64,000 nt of DNA. Origin: a bacterium (GTDB lineage Bacteria > Patescibacteriota > Patescibacteriia > UBA9934). A model generated the notes under the pieces. It had not been told where the DNA came from, made no database searches, and was given only the letters and a program-made list of their open reading frames with translations. The stretch covers positions 6,416-70,415 of the forward strand of contig JAGVNL010000026.1 of NCBI GenBank assembly GCA_020053275.1. Reading direction: 5' to 3'. Positions 1 to 9,476 of the stretch are shown in pieces. The translations under genes were made by a program, and so were the position numbers. The number at the start of each line of letters is the position of its first letter. The first letter of the stretch is position 1.

Positions 1-2
1 TT

Positions 3-1214
3 CTACTGCGACAAATAACTCATTGGGTTAACAGGAATACCACCTTTTCTTACTTCAAAGTGCAAATGTGGCCCAGTAGATAACCCAGCTCCTTGCATGC
101 CGGGCCTACCACCAGATAACCCAATCTGATCACCACGACTGACGAACTGATCTGCCTTCACATCCATGCGCATTAAGTGAGCATAAAGCGTCGCCATGCC
201 GTTAGTATGAATTATCATTACGTAGTTACCATACTGACTGCCAGTTTTAGCCCAAGCAACATAGCCAGGTGCGGCAGCAGCTACCGAAGTTCCAACTGGT
301 ACCGCAATATCTAGCCCAGGATGCTCAAATAGATTACGGAATGGATACGATGTGTCGTGAAATAAAGCAGTGATAATACCCCGCAAAGGCCAGGAAATAT
401 CCGACGACCCTTCCCCGCTTTGGTCATTCTGTTTCAGCTTCTCTTCAACAGAGTTCTGCAAAGCAGCAATTTGTGACGCCACACTCTGCTGCTCCTGTCG
501 CAGCTCACTCATTAATGTTATATACCCCGCCTGGTTGTTCTCTGTTTGCGCCATCAATACCTCCTTCGCCTGTTGCTGTGAAGCTAACTTTGCCACCTTC
601 GTAGCCAACTCACTAGCTAAATCGTTTAACGAAGCTATTTTAATTTCATGGTCAGCTTTATCTGCTTCCAAATCTGCCTGCACGGCCTGTGTGGCATCTA
701 CCGTCTGCTTTAAGCCTCTATTCACATCCTCAAGTTGTGCCACGCCATTAAACGCCTCATGAAAATTCTCTGCTCCAAAAAATGTCGCTACCAAACCATG
801 ATCCTCACGCTGATTAAGCGTAAATAGCATATCCGACAACATCGCTCGCTGGCGAGCAATGTCTGCAGTTTTCAAACTAATATCTGCCTCCAGTACACGC
901 ATCTCCAAGTTCTGTTGTTCGATCTCCGTCTCGGTCGCAGTAATATCAAGCTCCGCTATAGCCGCCTCATTCTCAAGCAACGCCACATCATTTTCTAACG
1001 AGGCAACCATCTTCGATGCCCCGGATATTCTTTTCCGCAAAGTATCAAGTTTACTATTTACATCACTTATCTTAGCCTTCTTTGCAGCGATCTGCTCCTG
1101 TAATTCCTGCGCAGTCGTGTCATCCGCCCAAACATAACCAATCCGACTACCAAACAAGACCACTACCATTAGTGGAATTATTGCCAACAAAGTAATTGTT
1201 TGGCGTTTAGTCAT
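3..1214 (-). CDS. M23 family peptidase with long coiled coil (EnvC/murein hydrolase activator-like)
   Basis: N-terminal signal/TM, heptad-rich coiled coil, C-terminal M23 motifs HPGLDIA, YGNYVMIIH, STGPHLHFEV. Confidence 0.9.
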   Translation of the reverse strand: MTKRQTITLLAIIPLMVVVLFGSRIGYVWADDTTAQELQEQIAAKKAKISDVNSKLDTLRKRISGASKMVASLENDVALLENEAAIAELDITATETEIEQQNLEMRVLEADISLKTADIARQRAMLSDMLFTLNQREDHGLVATFFGAENFHEAFNGVAQLEDVNRGLKQTVDATQAVQADLEADKADHEIKIASLNDLASELATKVAKLASQQQAKEVLMAQTENNQAGYITLMSELRQEQQSVASQIAALQNSVEEKLKQNDQSGEGSSDISWPLRGIITALFHDTSYPFRNLFEHPGLDIAVPVGTSVAAAAPGYVAWAKTGSQYGNYVMIIHTNGMATLYAHLMRMDVKADQFVSRGDQIGLSGGRPGMQGAGLSTGPHLHFEVRKGGIPVNPMSYLSQ

Positions 1215-1223
1215 GATAATAGA

Positions 1224-2684
1224 TTAACCGATTAATTTTTGTGCTTGCTGCAAACGAACAAGTGTTTCATCCTTACCCAAAACCCACAACAACTCATACG
1301 GGCTAGCAGACTTTTCAAGCCCCGATAAAGCAACGCGCAACGGCCACAGCACATTACCGTTCTGCAATCCGTTACTATTAATATACTCCTTTATCGCAGC
1401 CTCGAGAAGTGTCACCGAATCGAACACAGCATCTTCCAACAGAGATAGAACATTTGAAATATTCGTAAGCTGCAATAACGAATCCTCCTTTGTAGATTTC
1501 TTCCATACTAAGACCTCCGGATTATATGAGGCTATACTAACATATGAGCTCAATTTATCCGCAAATTCAGTCAACCGGCTTACTCGTTCTCGCTCTATCA
1601 TCAACGCTTTCTGCAAAGTTAGTGACGACAAATCTAATGTCGTAAAAGGTTGTACAACTGCTACCAACTCACCCTGCGATAATTGCATTAAGTATTGATG
1701 GTTCATCCAATCTAGCTTTTCAATGTTCATCACAGCCCCTGCCCTACTCACCTTAGATAAGTCAAATAATTTCACTAACTCAGCTCGCTCATATATTTCC
1801 TGATCAGCCTTCGGATTAAACCCAAGCGTACTAATAAAATTAATTAAGGTAGCTGGCAAATAACCTTTAGCTAAATAGCTTTCAACAGACACATCCCCCT
1901 TTCGCTTGCTAAGTTTTGTTTTATCCGGATTTAAAATTAACGGAACATGAGCATAGATTGGCATCTGTATGTCAAGCATCTCGCACAATATAATTTGTTT
2001 CGGTGTAGAAGAAATCCATTCCTCGCCCCGCAACACATGGCTTATCTTCATCAAATAGTCATCAACGACAACCGCCAAATGATAGGAAGCAAAACCATCA
2101 GACTTAACAATAACCTGATCGTCAACATCGGCATTATTAAAACTAATTTCCCCACGAATCGCGTCAACAAATCGTGACTCACCTTCCGGAATTCTCATTC
2201 TAACTACATATCTTTCTCCTGCATCCTGTCTAGCCTTTACCTCATCAGGACTGAGCGCCGCACAGCGACGATCGTACCTAGGATTTTGCTTAGCGGCCAT
2301 CTGTGCAGCGCGCATCTCAGTCAACCGCTCGGTAGTGCAAAAACAAACATAAGCATTACCGTCAGTCAGCAATTTATCTGCGTATGGTTTATACAAGTGC
2401 AATCGCTGTGACTGAGTATACGGCCCAAAATCACCCTTCTCGCCAAGCGTACCGTCAGTCAACAAAACGGGACCCTCATCGTAATCCAAATCAAGCTTCT
2501 TAAAAGTATTCAACAAACCCTCAACCGCTCCAGCAACCAGCCTAGCTTGGTCGGTATCCTCAATTCTCACTACAAACTGACCGCCAGTCTGGCGAGCTAA
2601 AAAATAGTCAAACATGACCGTCCGCAATGTGCCAATGTGCATGAAACCAGTTGGCGAAGGTGCAATTCGAGTACGAGTTACCAT
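1224..2684 (-). CDS. gltX: Glutamate--tRNA ligase
   Basis: RIAPSPTGFMHIG (HIGH), RIEDTD, HVLRGEEW, KLSKR; start set at the ATG of MVTRTR. Confidence 0.97.
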   Translation of the reverse strand: MVTRTRIAPSPTGFMHIGTLRTVMFDYFLARQTGGQFVVRIEDTDQARLVAGAVEGLLNTFKKLDLDYDEGPVLLTDGTLGEKGDFGPYTQSQRLHLYKPYADKLLTDGNAYVCFCTTERLTEMRAAQMAAKQNPRYDRRCAALSPDEVKARQDAGERYVVRMRIPEGESRFVDAIRGEISFNNADVDDQVIVKSDGFASYHLAVVVDDYLMKISHVLRGEEWISSTPKQIILCEMLDIQMPIYAHVPLILNPDKTKLSKRKGDVSVESYLAKGYLPATLINFISTLGFNPKADQEIYERAELVKLFDLSKVSRAGAVMNIEKLDWMNHQYLMQLSQGELVAVVQPFTTLDLSSLTLQKALMIERERVSRLTEFADKLSSYVSIASYNPEVLVWKKSTKEDSLLQLTNISNVLSLLEDAVFDSVTLLEAAIKEYINSNGLQNGNVLWPLRVALSGLEKSASPYELLWVLGKDETLVRLQQAQKLIG

Positions 2685-2685
2685 A

Positions 2686-3498
2686 TTAGCGACCAATTAA
2701 TTGTTGAAAAATCTCTGGCAGAGTTCTATATACAGCACGCCAGAAACGACCCTCTCGTAGTGTAGTTGAAATAACCGTCGCTGGAAAGACAACCACAGCT
2801 CGCCAGATTCTAGGTAAACGGCTAGGCTCAACCCTTAAGCGCCACAGCCATTCTAATCCAAGCCGCTGCATTAGCCTTGGTGCTCGTGGCAATAAACCAC
2901 CAATCATCGCACAAGCACCACCAACACCAATCATAACCTGCACACTCGGCCAACGCCTTTTATACTTTTCAATACATGATTCCTGCTTTTGCTGACCGAG
3001 TCCAACTGCTATTACCGCAGGCTTGATTTCGTCAATTACATCTACCGCAAACCGTGGTAAATCCCCTTCTCTGTTTATAACTCCAGGATCATAAGCGACG
3101 ACATCTAAATTCGAAAACTGTTTACGAAGATTGGCTGCTGCCTGTTCGCTCACTACTCGCTCACCAAGAATTAACAATCGTTTGCTGGACGCAGCACTAA
3201 GTTCTGCCAGAATTATCAAAGCAGAAACACCTGGAACTCTTGAACGAATCACCCTGCTTTCCAGAGCCGCAGAAGCAAAACGCAAACCAACACCATCTGG
3301 CAAATTCAAATCAAAATCATTTAATAACCTGGCGAATAATTTATCAGACTTTGCTGCTAGCAAAAATTCAGAATTAGGAGTGCAAACTGTATGCGCCATC
3401 AAATGCTCATCCGTATCAAGCCACTCACTAAACATTGCCCGAGCGCAACATTCATCAACCTCATCAATTCTTACTCCAAATAAATATTGCGACTTCAT
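2686..3498 (-). CDS. WecB/TagA/CpsF family glycosyltransferase
   Basis: TPNSEF, LPDGVG, RVPG, VGLGxxKQE, IGVGG, RAPxxMQxLGLEWLWRL; start at MKSQYLFG. Confidence 0.9.
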   Translation of the reverse strand: MKSQYLFGVRIDEVDECCARAMFSEWLDTDEHLMAHTVCTPNSEFLLAAKSDKLFARLLNDFDLNLPDGVGLRFASAALESRVIRSRVPGVSALIILAELSAASSKRLLILGERVVSEQAAANLRKQFSNLDVVAYDPGVINREGDLPRFAVDVIDEIKPAVIAVGLGQQKQESCIEKYKRRWPSVQVMIGVGGACAMIGGLLPRAPRLMQRLGLEWLWRLRVEPSRLPRIWRAVVVFPATVISTTLREGRFWRAVYRTLPEIFQQLIGR

Positions 3499-3902
3499 AA
3501 GCCACGCCACAAAACAACACAAGTCGCTCCACAAAAATCGAAGAGCAGATCCTTCATTGTATCAATAACGCTCGTCTGTGCCACCAACCAACCAAATTCT
3601 GGCGCCATTACATTATCGCTAATAAACTCATACCATTCCCAACCAACTCCAATCATCATCGTAAAACCAACCACCATCACAAAATAAAACAATCTCTTAT
3701 AAATTTTATTTTTATGAGTAAGGGAAATAGTTTTGATATTATGATCAAACAGAGCAAAAGCCAGCACGGCCACTGCTAACCCACCGGCAAAATGCATAAA
3801 AATATCATAGTGTGGATACCATGAATATAGAGCAATCAGTCCCAAAATATGAAAAAACACTACCCAAGCTATGGCTTTAACCGCTTGTTTATAAGTTGTC
3901 AT
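3495..3902 (-). CDS. Small integral membrane protein (DUF2238/VanZ-like)
   Basis: Four hydrophobic segments with YDIFMHFAGG, WEWYEF and DTMKDL motifs. Confidence 0.6.
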   Translation of the reverse strand: MTTYKQAVKAIAWVVFFHILGLIALYSWYPHYDIFMHFAGGLAVAVLAFALFDHNIKTISLTHKNKIYKRLFYFVMVVGFTMMIGVGWEWYEFISDNVMAPEFGWLVAQTSVIDTMKDLLFDFCGATCVVLWRGL

Positions 3903-3942
3903 ATTGCCCAATTCTAGCAGTAAAAATTATTGCAAGCAAGGC

Positions 3943-3983
3943 TTGACGACGCTCATCTAGCACTCTATACTTACGACTGCTAA
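3943..3983 (+). promoter_or_regulatory. Sigma-70 promoter of clpB overlapped by a CIRCE (HrcA operator)
   Basis: TTGACG 3943-3948, 17-bp spacer, TATACT 3966-3971; CTAGCACTC-N9-GACTGCTAA at 3957-3983. Confidence 0.9.
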
Positions 3984-3995
3984 CGATTCCATTCT

Positions 3996-6647
3996 ATGAT
4001 GCCAAATAATTTTACCAGCAAGAGCAACCAAGCCATGCAGGCTGCTCAAATGATCGCTGCCGATAACGGCCAGCACGGTATTGAGCCAATTCATTTGCTC
4101 GCTTCTCTCCTCGCCCAAGATGATGGCATGGTCATGACTTTACTACAAAAACTCGGATCACCCATTCAAGCTATCCAAAACGATATTGTTCGCATGCTGG
4201 AAACAATCCCCCGTCATGCCAGCGTGGAGCAGCCAATCCCAGGTCAAATCTTTTTGACGCCGCCTCTCGCTCATGTTTTAGAAAATGCCATTGCTCTAGC
4301 CAAACAATTTGGTGATGAATATATTTCGACTGAACATCTTCTCCTTGCTCTACTCACAGAAAAGATGACCGGCCAACTCCTAGTCAATCACGGCCTAACC
4401 GCGGAAGATATAGTTAAAACTCTAAAAGAACTTCGCGGCGATAATAAAATTACCAGCCAAGATCCAGAAAAGAAGACACAGGCCATAGAACGCTTCAGCA
4501 TCAACCTAACAGAACTCGCCCGTCGTGGTAAACTCGATCCAGTGATTGGACGAGACGAAGAAATTCGCCGCGTCATGCAAGTGCTTTCTCGCCGTACAAA
4601 AAATAATCCAGTATTAATCGGCGAAGCTGGTGTTGGTAAAACCGCCATCATTGAAGGGCTAGCACAACGCATTATTGCGGGTGATGTACCAGAGTCGCTT
4701 AAAGAAAAAGAAATCGTTTCGCTTGACTTAGGCGCCATGGTAGCCGGTACTAAGTTTAGAGGTGAGTTTGAGGAACGACTCAAAGCTGTTGTTAATGAAA
4801 TCAACGCCAGCACTGGTAAAATAATTCTCTTCATCGACGAGCTGCATATGTTGGTTGGTGCTGGTCATGGTGAAGATGCGCCAATGGACGCCAGCAATCT
4901 ACTCAAACCAGCGCTTGCCCGCGGAGAAATTCGCGTAGTCGGTGCAACCACCACCAAAGAATATCAAAAACATATCGAAAAGGATCAAGCGCTAGAACGA
5001 CGCTTTCAGCCTATCATGGTGAACGAACCAAGTATTGACGACACCATCGCTATCCTGCGCGGCATCAAAGAGCGCTACGAAATTCATCACGGCGTGCGTA
5101 TTTCCGACAACGCTATTATTGCTGCTGCCGAGCTCTCTACCCGCTACATTACGGATCGCCAGCTACCAGACAAAGCAGTAGATTTGATTGACGAAGCTGC
5201 CTCCGCCCTCCGTTTGCAAATCGACTCCATGCCAGAAGAACTAGACAGACTAAAACGCGACGAAATGCGTTTACAAATAGAACGCCAAGCATTATTAAAA
5301 GAAGAAGATAAAGAATCAAAAAAGCGTCTCAAAGAAATTGAAAGGCAAATTGCCGATCTCAAAGAGCAATCAGGTGCGCTAGAAATTGCTTGGAACTCCG
5401 AGAAACAACTCATCGAGGCAATTCGCGCTGCCAAAAATGAAATGGATCAGTTAATTAACGAAGCTGAGTTTGAGGAACGCCGCGGAAATCTACAACGCGT
5501 AGCAGAAATCCGTTATGGTCAAATCCCCACCAAACGAGAAACACTCAAACAAACAGAAACAAATCTAAAAATCCTCCAGCAACAACGCGGACTATTAAAA
5601 GAAGTCGTCGGTGAAGAAGACATTGCTGCAGTTGTTGGCCGTTGGACGCATATCCCAGTCTCAAAAATGTTGGAAGGTGAACTCACAAAACTTGCCCGCA
5701 TGGAAGAAGCCTTGAGCAAACGAGTAATCGGCCAAGCAGAAGCAATTCACGCCGTCAGCAACGCCCTCCGCCGCTCTCGTGCTGGCATAAGTGAAGAGAA
5801 TCGCCCAATCGGTAGTTTTATCTTCATGGGGCCAACCGGCGTCGGCAAAACCGAGCTAGCCAAAGCATTGGCGGAGTTCATGTTTAACGACGAAAAGGCC
5901 CTCGTTCGCTTAGATATGAGCGAGTACATGGAGCGCCACTCTATGAGTAAAATGGTGGGCTCGCCACCAGGCTATGTTGGCTACGACGAAGCTGGCCAAC
6001 TAACAGAAAAAATTCGTAAGCACCCCTACTCCGTCGTCCTCTTTGACGAAATTGAAAAAGCTCATCCAGATGTCTTCAACTTACTCCTGCAAATTTTAGA
6101 CGACGGTAACATCACCGACGCCAAAGGCCGTAAAGTAAACTTCAAAAACACGGTTATCATCATGACGAGCAACATTGGTTCAGACGCAATCCTAACCAAC
6201 CAGCAGCAATCAAGCCTCGGTTTTCATGACGGTACAGTCACCGCCGACGATGCCACAAAAAATAAAGTTATCGAGTTACTAAAAGAACACTTCCGCCCAG
6301 AGTTCCTAAACCGTATAGACGAAACTATCGTCTTCCATGCTCTCAGCAAAGAACAAATCGCTGAGGTTGTCGAGCTCCAACTGGCACTCGTCAGTCAACG
6401 CCTAATTACCGAACGCGGAATTGGCCTCAAAGTCACCGAGAAGGCAAAAAAGTTGCTCGCTCTTCGTGGCTACGATCCACAGTACGGTGCTCGCCCCCTC
6501 AAACGCGTCATCCAATCCATGATTCTTGACCCACTCGCCATGAAAATAATCACGGGCGATATAAGTGACAGCTCATCCCTCACCATCGACGCCAACAAAC
6601 AGGAAGAAATAGAGATTCGTAATAAACAACGGGTTGGTAGTTTGTAG
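3996..6647 (+). CDS. clpB: ATP-dependent chaperone ClpB
   Basis: Clp N domain, Walker A motifs GEAGVGKT and GPTGVGKT, long middle coiled coil, GARPLKR. Confidence 0.97.
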   Translation: MMPNNFTSKSNQAMQAAQMIAADNGQHGIEPIHLLASLLAQDDGMVMTLLQKLGSPIQAIQNDIVRMLETIPRHASVEQPIPGQIFLTPPLAHVLENAIALAKQFGDEYISTEHLLLALLTEKMTGQLLVNHGLTAEDIVKTLKELRGDNKITSQDPEKKTQAIERFSINLTELARRGKLDPVIGRDEEIRRVMQVLSRRTKNNPVLIGEAGVGKTAIIEGLAQRIIAGDVPESLKEKEIVSLDLGAMVAGTKFRGEFEERLKAVVNEINASTGKIILFIDELHMLVGAGHGEDAPMDASNLLKPALARGEIRVVGATTTKEYQKHIEKDQALERRFQPIMVNEPSIDDTIAILRGIKERYEIHHGVRISDNAIIAAAELSTRYITDRQLPDKAVDLIDEAASALRLQIDSMPEELDRLKRDEMRLQIERQALLKEEDKESKKRLKEIERQIADLKEQSGALEIAWNSEKQLIEAIRAAKNEMDQLINEAEFEERRGNLQRVAEIRYGQIPTKRETLKQTETNLKILQQQRGLLKEVVGEEDIAAVVGRWTHIPVSKMLEGELTKLARMEEALSKRVIGQAEAIHAVSNALRRSRAGISEENRPIGSFIFMGPTGVGKTELAKALAEFMFNDEKALVRLDMSEYMERHSMSKMVGSPPGYVGYDEAGQLTEKIRKHPYSVVLFDEIEKAHPDVFNLLLQILDDGNITDAKGRKVNFKNTVIIMTSNIGSDAILTNQQQSSLGFHDGTVTADDATKNKVIELLKEHFRPEFLNRIDETIVFHALSKEQIAEVVELQLALVSQRLITERGIGLKVTEKAKKLLALRGYDPQYGARPLKRVIQSMILDPLAMKIITGDISDSSSLTIDANKQEEIEIRNKQRVGSL

Positions 6648-6661
6648 TTAGTAGTTGGTAG
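6634..6661 (+). repeat. Four tandem NNNGTAG heptamers containing the clpB stop codon
   Basis: ttggtag tttgtag ttagtag ttggtag; inverted units at about 6703-6722. Confidence 0.85.
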
Positions 6662-6668
6662 AATAAAG

Positions 6669-6702
6669 AAGAGCCCGGCCTGAGCCGAGCTTTTCATTTT
6701 TT
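6669..6702. terminator. Probable bidirectional terminator between clpB and ppa
   Basis: aagagcccggc-ctga-gccgagctttt followed by a T run, between convergent genes. Confidence 0.7.
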
Positions 6703-6722
6703 AAACTACTTTCTACCAACTA

Positions 6723-7229
6723 TTATCTTTTATAATTCTCCATCGCAGCTACGATAATTTCTTTAGCAGCAGCGGCGTCGTGCCACTCCTCGATCTTCGT
6801 CATCTTTTTCTCCAATATCTTATAGCTCTCAAAGAAAAATGAAATCTCGTCCTTCAAGTGCTGCGTAACATCAGCTAAATCGGTAATATGCTTGAAGCGC
6901 ACATCATCTTTGGCCACTGCTAAAATCTTCTCGTCCTGCCCTTTATCATCGCTCATCACCAACACGCCAATCGGCCGAACATCAACGGCTACTCCAGGAA
7001 AAAGTGGATTGCTCACCATCACCAAAACATCTAGTGGATCGCCATCACCACCCAGCGTTTCTGGAAAAAATCCATAATCGCAAGGGTAAAACATTGGTGA
7101 GAACAAAACTCGATCCAGCTTGATTACGCCCTGTTCGTGATCAAACTCATACTTGTTCTGACTTCCACGAGGCACTTCTATGATTGCCTGACAAATGTCT
7201 GGTGCTTTGCTGCCGATTGTAAGTTGCAT
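6723..7229 (-). CDS. ppa: Inorganic pyrophosphatase (family I)
   Basis: IEVPRGSQNKYE, YPCDYGF, DGDPLDVLV, DEKILAV; start at MQLTIGSKAP. Confidence 0.95.
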   Translation of the reverse strand: MQLTIGSKAPDICQAIIEVPRGSQNKYEFDHEQGVIKLDRVLFSPMFYPCDYGFFPETLGGDGDPLDVLVMVSNPLFPGVAVDVRPIGVLVMSDDKGQDEKILAVAKDDVRFKHITDLADVTQHLKDEISFFFESYKILEKKMTKIEEWHDAAAAKEIIVAAMENYKR

Positions 7230-7317
7230 AGATCCAATAGTTAGATTGATAGCCCTATAGTAAGGCTCATTTTGCCCTATGTCAAAGGCATTTCTGCCTG
7301 TGGTATAATAAAACCCT

Positions 7318-8679
7318 ATGAAACGACTCCTCATCAGTCTTGCTTTTAGCAGTCTTGTCCTAGCGCCTTTTGGTTCTGCGCTAGCTTTTGACCCAAATTA
7401 TATCATCTCAGACGAAGATCTTACCAACCCTTTCGCCCTCGACCGCAACCAAATTCAAGCGTACCTCGACCGCGGATTCCTCGGCACCTACCGTACGGAA
7501 GACAACACCGGGGTCGTGCGTTATGCTGCCGACATTATTTTACGCACAGCCCAAAGCGCCGGTGTCAGCCCAAAATTTCTACTCGTTCTGCTCCAAAAAG
7601 AACAAAGCTTAGTGGAGGACGACGCCCCAACCGACAGTCAACTCGACTGGGCTACTGGTTACGCGGTCTGTGACGACTGCTCCAAAGACGACGGCACCAT
7701 TCAACGCTGGCGTGGTTTTGGTAAACAAGTAAACTCTGCTGCACTCCAATTCAGTGAAGGCTATTTAGCAGATATCGAAAACTCTGGCAGCACTCAAGGT
7801 AAATACGGTCCCGATCTTCCAGTCAAAATCGACAGCACCACAGTCACCCCGGCCAACGCCGCCACCGCCGCGCTCTACGCTTATACACCGCACCTTCACG
7901 GTAACTCCAATTTCGCCTCAATTTGGGATCGCTGGTTTGGCGAAAATTACCCATCCGGGTCGCTACTTCAGGCAGTCGGCGATCCAAATGTCTATTTAAT
8001 TACCGATGGCTACAAACGACTAATCACCAGCTACAGCGCCCTTACTTCTCGCTTTAACTCAAGCTTAATCATTCAGGTAAACACAACATTACTCAGCAAT
8101 TATCCAGACGGCACACCTATCAACTTCCCAAACTATTCACTCCTACAGGATGAGGATAGTAATATTTTTCTACTTGTCGACGAAACTCTAAGGAAGATTG
8201 ACAGCGATAAAACTTTTAACAGTATTGGTTTCTCTAGCGACGAGATTGTTGACATCACAAATACAGAACGAGCTCAATATTCAGAAGGCCTGGCTATTAC
8301 CAGCGCTACCATCGCGCCCACTGGCCAACTCTACCAGCTAAAAACCAACAAAGCTGTTTATTATGTTCGTGACGGTGTAAGGCAAGTAATCGTAGATCCA
8401 GCTATTCTCGCAGCTCGTTTTCCGAATGAGGAGCCAACACCTGTCGACTCAGTCATCATCGAACAATATAAAGAAGGCAAAGCGCTACTCCTACCAGACG
8501 GCAATTTAGTTAAAGGCGCCGGCAGCCCTACAGTTTACATCATTACCGACGGCATGCGGCGTGCTATCGACTCCGAGTCTACCTTCTTAAGTTTTGGTTG
8601 GTCGTGGAATAAAATCCTCACCATCAGCGACGAAGCGCTTGCTCTCCACCCACTCGGTGCAGCACTTACCTCCGAATAA
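7318..8679 (+). CDS. Secreted surface protein with a putative N-terminal glycoside-hydrolase-like domain and about four C-terminal ~60-aa repeats
   Basis: Signal peptide; LLQKEQSL...ATGYAVC...ATAALYAYTPH domain; repeats of GsLlxxxGxPxVYxIxDGxxRxIxS. Confidence 0.7.
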   Translation: MKRLLISLAFSSLVLAPFGSALAFDPNYIISDEDLTNPFALDRNQIQAYLDRGFLGTYRTEDNTGVVRYAADIILRTAQSAGVSPKFLLVLLQKEQSLVEDDAPTDSQLDWATGYAVCDDCSKDDGTIQRWRGFGKQVNSAALQFSEGYLADIENSGSTQGKYGPDLPVKIDSTTVTPANAATAALYAYTPHLHGNSNFASIWDRWFGENYPSGSLLQAVGDPNVYLITDGYKRLITSYSALTSRFNSSLIIQVNTTLLSNYPDGTPINFPNYSLLQDEDSNIFLLVDETLRKIDSDKTFNSIGFSSDEIVDITNTERAQYSEGLAITSATIAPTGQLYQLKTNKAVYYVRDGVRQVIVDPAILAARFPNEEPTPVDSVIIEQYKEGKALLLPDGNLVKGAGSPTVYIITDGMRRAIDSESTFLSFGWSWNKILTISDEALALHPLGAALTSE

Positions 8680-8680
8680 T

Positions 8681-9472
8681 ATGATCGTTTTTGCTGCCCA
8701 TGTTCCAAACTCTCCTCTCCTGCTGCCCTCAATCAGTGGTGACAGAATTGGTGCCGTAAAAAAAACCTGTTCGGCACTCGAACAACTCTCTGGCGAACTT
8801 TACGCAGCAAAACCAGATACCATCGTCCTCATCTCTGACCACCCAACCAGGTACAGCGAAGCCTTTTCAATTTCCGTCAGCGATCCTTTCATCGCTAATT
8901 TAGCGGAAGTCGGAGATCTCAGCTATCAAAAGTCATACCATCTAGATTTTGGTTTAATCGACGCCTTACAGCGCGGGCTACGAAAACTCGATGAACCTGT
9001 AACCCTAACCACAGATCCTCACCTCAACTTCGCATCTGCAATCCCACTTGATTATCTCACCAAGCACCTGCCAGGCATTAAACTGGTGCCAATAAGTCCG
9101 TGCGATCTTGACCCCAAATCTCATTTTAGTTTTGGCCAATCACTCAGTCACAATATAATCGAAAGCTCCAAACGCATTGCCGTAATTTCTACCGGTGACC
9201 TCGCACATACCCTTACCGACTTCGCTCCAGGCGGCCTGCATGCCAGCGGAGAACTTTATGATGACACGCTACTCACCATGCTCGAGCAACACAATGTCGT
9301 CGGTCTACTACAAATCGACGAACAACTCCGCCATGAAGCCCAAGAATCAGCCTATCATAAACTATTAATTTTGCTTGGCGTTCTAGACGGTATGCCAATT
9401 TCCACTAATTTATTAAGCTACGAATACCCATACGGAGTTGGCCTAGCCGTCATTAATTTTTTATTGGAGTAA
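8681..9472 (+). CDS. LigB/Memo-like protein (extradiol dioxygenase class III fold, AmmeMemoRadiSam protein B-like)
   Basis: AHVPNSPLLLP, KPDTIVLISDH, TGDLAH, SYEYPYGVG. Confidence 0.75.
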   Translation: MIVFAAHVPNSPLLLPSISGDRIGAVKKTCSALEQLSGELYAAKPDTIVLISDHPTRYSEAFSISVSDPFIANLAEVGDLSYQKSYHLDFGLIDALQRGLRKLDEPVTLTTDPHLNFASAIPLDYLTKHLPGIKLVPISPCDLDPKSHFSFGQSLSHNIIESSKRIAVISTGDLAHTLTDFAPGGLHASGELYDDTLLTMLEQHNVVGLLQIDEQLRHEAQESAYHKLLILLGVLDGMPISTNLLSYEYPYGVGLAVINFLLE

Positions 9473-9476
9473 TTCT

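Noticed and set aside
6634-6661. GTAG heptamer arrays or the 36-bp repeats at 60041 as a CRISPR array
   Set aside because: The units are directly tandem with no unique spacers, and there are no cas genes in the window.
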